Assembly: GCA_050331735.1 (NCBI GenBank)
Contig: JBHJGN010000082.1
Span: forward strand, 1-43,909
Reading direction: 5' to 3'
Source of the DNA: Cyanophyceae cyanobacterium
GTDB lineage: Bacteria; Cyanobacteriota; Cyanobacteriia; Cyanobacteriales; JBHJGN01
DNA: 43,909 nucleotides
Part shown: in pieces, positions 39,393-43,909 of the stretch
How positions within the stretch are numbered: the first letter of the stretch is position 1
How the letters are laid out: the number at the start of each line of letters is the position of its first letter
Translations under genes and position numbers: made by a program
The notes under the pieces: generated by a model
The model's database searches: none
What the model saw: only the letters and a program-made list of their open reading frames with translations
Told to the model about the DNA's origin: nothing

Positions 39393-40391
39393 TCAGTTTT
39401 GCCTTAGCTTGGTTGCTGCCGCTTTGATGCGTACGCTGTTCCGCCAGAAGTCTTGCAGAAGATAGGGCGGATCGGTATTGGGTTGACCTTGAATTCCTCG
39501 ACGAATTTTCCAGAGCAAAAAACCAGTTAGCCAGAGGGAATCGGCCAGAGACGTATAGAGCCTGCCGTGATTTTTCAGAAAATAACGATGTCTAGAATCG
39601 AACCAGTACTGGGGTCGCCGTTTAGGAGGGACTTTTGTATTAGTGACTCCAGAGCTTTGACCAACAAGATGCACAACACGACTTTCAGGAACGTACCAGC
39701 AGCTCCAGCCCGCTCTGCGAGCCTGTAGACAAAAATCTACTTCTTCATAATACATAAAAAAGTCTTCGTCTAGTAAGCCTACTTGCTCAAAGACTTGGCG
39801 GCGCACAATCATGCTGGCCCCGGCCACCCAATCTGTTTGAACGGGAACATCGGATATTGGAGGAGCCACCGTCCAAGACGTGAGTAATTTTGACACGAGC
39901 CCGAGGCGTAAACCAGCGTCTAGCTCACTAAACACGGTATGGAATCGAAAGGCCGAGTATTGGGGGGTTCCGTCTGGATCTTCAAGACGGCTACCGGCAA
40001 TGCCCACTGCGGGATGCTCGTCCATAAAGTCTACCAAAACCCGTAAGGCTCCCGAACGCACGACTGTATCCGGGTTGAGCAGAAGAAAATAGCGAGGTGG
40101 ATGCTGCGTTAGGGCGGGTCGAATGGCCAAATTATTGCCAAAAGCATAGCCACCATTGCGTTCTGACGGGATTACCGCCGCCCACGTCCATCCTTGTTCC
40201 TCGATAGCGGATTGGATCTGCTCTACGGAGCGATCGCCAGAGGCATTGTCAACCACAAAGACGCGCAAAGTGGGGAGCTTTTCTACTTCACTGGTTAGAG
40301 AGTGCAGACAGTCAATCGTCAGAGCGGGAGTGCGATAGTTGACAATCACGACGAGTAAGGTCGGGGAACTGTCTGATTGCTGATCGAGCAT
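39393..40391 (-). CDS. Family 2 glycosyltransferase (WbbL/GT2-like)
   Basis: VIVNY, VVDNASGD, N.GYA.GNN, LLNPD, WV.GA, DE.FFMYYEEVD.C; ATG at 40391 follows GGAGA. Confidence 0.9.
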   Translation of the reverse strand: MLDQQSDSSPTLLVVIVNYRTPALTIDCLHSLTSEVEKLPTLRVFVVDNASGDRSVEQIQSAIEEQGWTWAAVIPSERNGGYAFGNNLAIRPALTQHPPRYFLLLNPDTVVRSGALRVLVDFMDEHPAVGIAGSRLEDPDGTPQYSAFRFHTVFSELDAGLRLGLVSKLLTSWTVAPPISDVPVQTDWVAGASMIVRRQVFEQVGLLDEDFFMYYEEVDFCLQARRAGWSCWYVPESRVVHLVGQSSGVTNTKVPPKRRPQYWFDSRHRYFLKNHGRLYTSLADSLWLTGFLLWKIRRGIQGQPNTDPPYLLQDFWRNSVRIKAAATKLRQN

Positions 40392-40827
40392 AGATTCTCC
40401 AGCAAAGAAGAAAGTATTTTGATGTAGGGTTAATAATAACTCAAACGCGAAGGAAATTAAACCTTGTCCGCTCAATTTTTTTAACAAAGCCTGAGAAAAA
40501 TAGCCTTTCTTGAGCCGTGCCTGGAGCAGAGAAATAAAATAGCTATTTGTGTCACTAACTACTCAAACTTTTTCTCAGTTATGTTCTAATACAGAAAACT
40601 CTGGTTTTCTGCATTCCTAGCAATAGCAACAGCTCCCTGAGTAAAGTTATTTTATCCACCTCTTGAGGTTCCTGATTAGTCAAGTTGATTAGTTAATATT
40701 TTGATGGCATACTCAGGCAAAATGCTCGCTCTGATTCAGAAATATGCGGAATACCGGCAAGTTAATTGCTTTCTCGAAAACCAGTAGTAGGCAACAAAAT
40801 TCATTGCAGATATTCAATCCTCGGACT

Positions 40828-42552
40828 ATGAATAAACTGACTGCCTGGTTAACGATCTTTGCGTTAAGTTTTGCTTTAGCGATCGCAACGTCCTGTACAG
40901 AGTTAGCAAAAGATTTCAGCGTTACAGCCGAGAGCCCTAAGCTGGCTCGTCCGTCTTCTCAGTCTCCAATGTCTCTCGGCATCAATTTGGCAGGAGTGGC
41001 CGACTGGTCTAGCGAAATTCCGTTTGTAGATGCTTTTAAATCAACCAAACAATGGATGACTCAATGCCTAGCGAGCGAGCTAGGATGTAGCAGGCCGTGG
41101 AATACCAATGAGTACGACAAACTAGATTTGGATGAGAACGGCTGGGTTAAGTCTCTGCCCTCCTTAGAAGATCCGGCTGAATATACTCGCGTCGGTACGC
41201 TGATGTTTCGGAATATTGACCACTATCCGGGAGGAAAGTACCTGGTGCTGTACGACGGAGAAGGGACGATTGAGTATGGGTTTGATGCTCATAAAGACCC
41301 ACTCGCTTCTCAGTCGGGTCGAGATGTCATCGATGTCACCCCCTCTAACGCGGGGATCTATCTGGCCATTACCTCTACCGATCCTCAGCAGACTGGCAAC
41401 TACATTCGTAACGTTCGCGTTATTCCGGAGCAATACGAAACTAGCTACCGCCAAGCAGTTTTTAATCCCGAGTTTATTGACAAAATCAGACCGTTTACTA
41501 CCATCAGATTTATCAACTGGATGGCTACTAGTAATTCTGAGCAAAGCGAATGGCAAAACCGACCTACGACTCAAAGCTACACCTACAGCTTCTATGAAGG
41601 AGGCGTACCCCTAGAAACGCTGGTTGAGTTGGTCAATCGCCTCAAGGTTCATCCTTGGTTCAATATGCCTCATCAGGCTACGGATGAATACATTAGAAAC
41701 TTCGCTGCAATGGTCAAAGATTCACTAGATTCGCAGCTAAAAGTTTACGTGGAGTATTCTAATGAGGTGTGGAACGTCGGCTTTAGCCAGAGCCATTGGG
41801 TAGAACAGCAAGGAATTGCTCAATGGCCGAATAGCGCTAGCGGAAATGTGGCTAAGCGGCTCAACTGGTACGGCAAAAGAACAGCAGAGATGTGCGAGCT
41901 GTGGAAAGGGGTTTTTGACGAGCAGAGCGATCGCGTTGTGTGTGTGTTGGCTTCTCAGTCGGCCAATTCTTGGACAGCCAAGCAGTCGTTAGATTGTCCG
42001 CTGTGGTCTGAGGGGCCTTGTTATCAACACGGCATCGATGCTTTGGCGATCGCTCCTTACTTTGGCGGGTATTTGGGCGACCAGGACAACGAGCAGCAAG
42101 TCCAAAACTGGACAACCGAGCAACTTTTTGAGGAAATTGAGAGTGGAGGTGTACTCGTTGACGGCCCTGCTGGCGGAGCTATTCATCAGTCGGTAGAAGC
42201 CATGAAAACAAATTATGCTCTTGCCAGCCAAAGGAATCTACAGCTATTTGCCTATGAAGGAGGCCAGCATCTGGTCGGTCGTCCGGGAGTAGAAAATAAT
42301 GAACAACTTACTAATTTGTTTATTGATGCCAACCGAGATCCCAAAATGTACGCTGCTTACCTCGAGTATCTGAACTATTGGCAAACCTCTGGAGGAACTC
42401 TATTTATGAACTTTTGCGATATCAGCCGTCCTGATAAATGGGGAAGTTGGGGCGCTTTAGAACACGTGTCGCAAGAAAGCTCGCCCAAATATGATGCTCT
42501 TCTAGTCTTTACAGAAAAAGCTCCAGACTCTTTGAGGCCAAGTCACCCGTAG
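40828..42552 (+). CDS. Exported (probable lipoprotein) glycoside-hydrolase-like protein of the 'cellulose-binding domain protein' type
   Basis: MNKLTAWLTIFALSFALAIATSC signal with lipobox-like Cys; LGINL...DWS...PFVD.FK, PWFNMPH, VYVEYSNEVWN, AIAPYFG, AYEGGQH, KWGSWGALE. Confidence 0.65.
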   Translation: MNKLTAWLTIFALSFALAIATSCTELAKDFSVTAESPKLARPSSQSPMSLGINLAGVADWSSEIPFVDAFKSTKQWMTQCLASELGCSRPWNTNEYDKLDLDENGWVKSLPSLEDPAEYTRVGTLMFRNIDHYPGGKYLVLYDGEGTIEYGFDAHKDPLASQSGRDVIDVTPSNAGIYLAITSTDPQQTGNYIRNVRVIPEQYETSYRQAVFNPEFIDKIRPFTTIRFINWMATSNSEQSEWQNRPTTQSYTYSFYEGGVPLETLVELVNRLKVHPWFNMPHQATDEYIRNFAAMVKDSLDSQLKVYVEYSNEVWNVGFSQSHWVEQQGIAQWPNSASGNVAKRLNWYGKRTAEMCELWKGVFDEQSDRVVCVLASQSANSWTAKQSLDCPLWSEGPCYQHGIDALAIAPYFGGYLGDQDNEQQVQNWTTEQLFEEIESGGVLVDGPAGGAIHQSVEAMKTNYALASQRNLQLFAYEGGQHLVGRPGVENNEQLTNLFIDANRDPKMYAAYLEYLNYWQTSGGTLFMNFCDISRPDKWGSWGALEHVSQESSPKYDALLVFTEKAPDSLRPSHP

Positions 42553-42767
42553 TTGGTCAAGGACATACTTTAGCCATGAAAACGGAATTTTGTTTTACTC
42601 TATCGACGAGCTAGCAATTGCCCACTAGTACTTGGATATTGATCATTTCTGCATCGACTAGTGCTAGATGGAATGCCGTTTTTCTTTCCTCCCCAATATT
42701 TCGGAAAAACAATGGTTAAACAATTTTGAAAATGTATGGACATTGTATCTATTGGAGGTCAATTTAA

Positions 42768-43433
42768 GTGACAAAATACTTAAGATTTAAGTTATTTGTC
42801 TGGTTACTCAAGCCATTTTCAATGGCAACAAGAAAAAGGAGAATGGCGCTTTTTGTTAAAGTTATGCAGCCTAAGTCTAGAATGAAAATACTAGATTTAG
42901 GGGGTCAACCAAGTATCTGGGATTTTGTTGAACTTCCTCTTAACATTACCTGTTTAAATCTTCCGGGAATTGCCACTGTAGAGCATCAGTCACATCACCA
43001 AATCACCTATATAGAGGGAGATGCCTGTAGTATGCCTTACTTTCAGTCCGGAGATTTTGATTTGGTGTTTAGCAACAGCGTGATCGAACATGTGGGAGAC
43101 TTCGAGAAAAGAGCCCAATTTGCGAGCGAAGTGCTTCGCCTCTCCGACCAGTACTGGATTCAAACTCCATCCATCTATTTTCCAATCGAAGCCCACTGCG
43201 GAATGCCTTTTTGGTGGCTTTACCCGCAGGCACTTCGTTCTTATTTCTTGAAAAGATGGCAAAAAAAACTTCCCGGGTGGACAAAAATGGTGGAGACAAC
43301 ATCCGTAATTTCTGAAAGAGAATTAAGGAGTCTTTTCCCGGGCTGCCGGATCAAGTATGAGCGTTTTCTGTTGCTGCCTAAATCCATTGTTGCCTATTCG
43401 ATTGGCACTGATCTGCTGAAAGACGCTCGCTAG
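42768..43433 (+). CDS. Class I SAM-dependent methyltransferase
   Basis: KILDLGG motif I, EGDA..M.YF....FDLVFSNSVIEHV, QTP..YFPIE.H; GGAGG RBS before GTG. Confidence 0.8.
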   Translation: MTKYLRFKLFVWLLKPFSMATRKRRMALFVKVMQPKSRMKILDLGGQPSIWDFVELPLNITCLNLPGIATVEHQSHHQITYIEGDACSMPYFQSGDFDLVFSNSVIEHVGDFEKRAQFASEVLRLSDQYWIQTPSIYFPIEAHCGMPFWWLYPQALRSYFLKRWQKKLPGWTKMVETTSVISERELRSLFPGCRIKYERFLLLPKSIVAYSIGTDLLKDAR

Positions 43434-43624
43434 AGATAAAACAATATTTGAATTTTTGCCCAGTCAACGTCAGGTAATCGATTGGCTATAAACCGAGAGC
43501 CCTTGATGTCAAATGCTCGGGCAAGTGCGATTTTCCGACTATTCTTGATAGTTTTTAATGGTTTTCACCCTAGTAGTAACGCAGTTACCCAGCCCGAGCC
43601 GAAAAGCTTAACTCCGTTAAAGCG

Positions 43625-43909
43625 TCATGTCGTGGCCACTGGAGCGGCATTGACGAAGTCTAGCAGCGCCTCGTATTTGGGAGAGGTGTCCTGAGCCACG
43701 TTTTCTAGCGCTCCCCAACTGCCAAAGCGGTCGTACTGGCTGATGTCAACATAGTGAGCAAAGGTGCCGCCGCCCAGCTCGAACCACTGGGACAAATACT
43801 CGCGATACACCTCACCCATGCGCGAGTCTCGGTTCGCTGTCATAAAAAGATCGGCGATGGCGGCGTTATTTTCGACTCCCTGAACTCCCCTCAGTGCTTG
43901 TCCGCCTTC
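43625..43909 (-). CDS. C-terminal part of a paralog of the 40828-42552 protein; start lies outside the window
   Basis: Frame open from the edge: EGGQALRGVQGVENNAAIADLFMTANRDSRMGEVYREYLSQWFELGGGTF...FGSWGALENVAQDTSPKYEALL aligns with EGGQHLVGRPGVENNEQLTNLFIDANRDPKMYAAYLEYLNYWQTSGGTLF...WGSWGALEHVSQESSPKYDALL. Confidence 0.88.
   Translation of the reverse strand, partial: EGGQALRGVQGVENNAAIADLFMTANRDSRMGEVYREYLSQWFELGGGTFAHYVDISQYDRFGSWGALENVAQDTSPKYEALLDFVNAAPVATT

Larger units (their letters stand above)
360..42054. repeat. HIP1 octamer GCGATCGC dispersed through the window
   Basis: Copies at e.g. 360-367 and 879-886 and many more (roughly three dozen by eye); far above chance and a cyanobacterial hallmark. 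Confidence 0.95.

Noticed and set aside
438..43694. Numerous short (60-180 aa) ORFs overlapping the called genes in other frames or antisense
   Set aside because: Shadows of well-supported genes; no recognisable motifs or RBS.

Overview
Cyanobacterial chromosomal segment (HIP1 octamer GCGATCGC recurs throughout; hmpF, ccsB, crtR, cofH and a cyanobacterial-type 6S RNA are present). Left to right: a truncated caspase-family (C14) peptidase gene missed by the ORF track, coupled to a small Pepco-like partner; DUF58 overlapped antisense by 6S RNA; a PEP-CTERM protein; DUF2993; ugd and UDP-glucuronate decarboxylase; cofH head-to-head with a GT-C-like membrane glycosyltransferase; a radical SAM/SPASM-type enzyme; DUF3086, DUF3119 and mlaE; a pilJ-pilI-pilH chemotaxis-like locus divergent from hmpF but without the usual PatA/PilG gene; tilS, ccsB, GH57, a TM-helix-repeat protein, SRPBCC, a sulfotransferase, ylqF/rbgA, ureidoglycolate lyase-like, mutL, pyrD and crtR; then a Wzx/Wzy polysaccharide cluster with two more sulfotransferases, GT2, a methyltransferase and two paralogous glycoside-hydrolase-like proteins. 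No CRISPR array, rRNA, tRNA or transposase was recognised. All family calls are from motif recognition by eye, not database searches.
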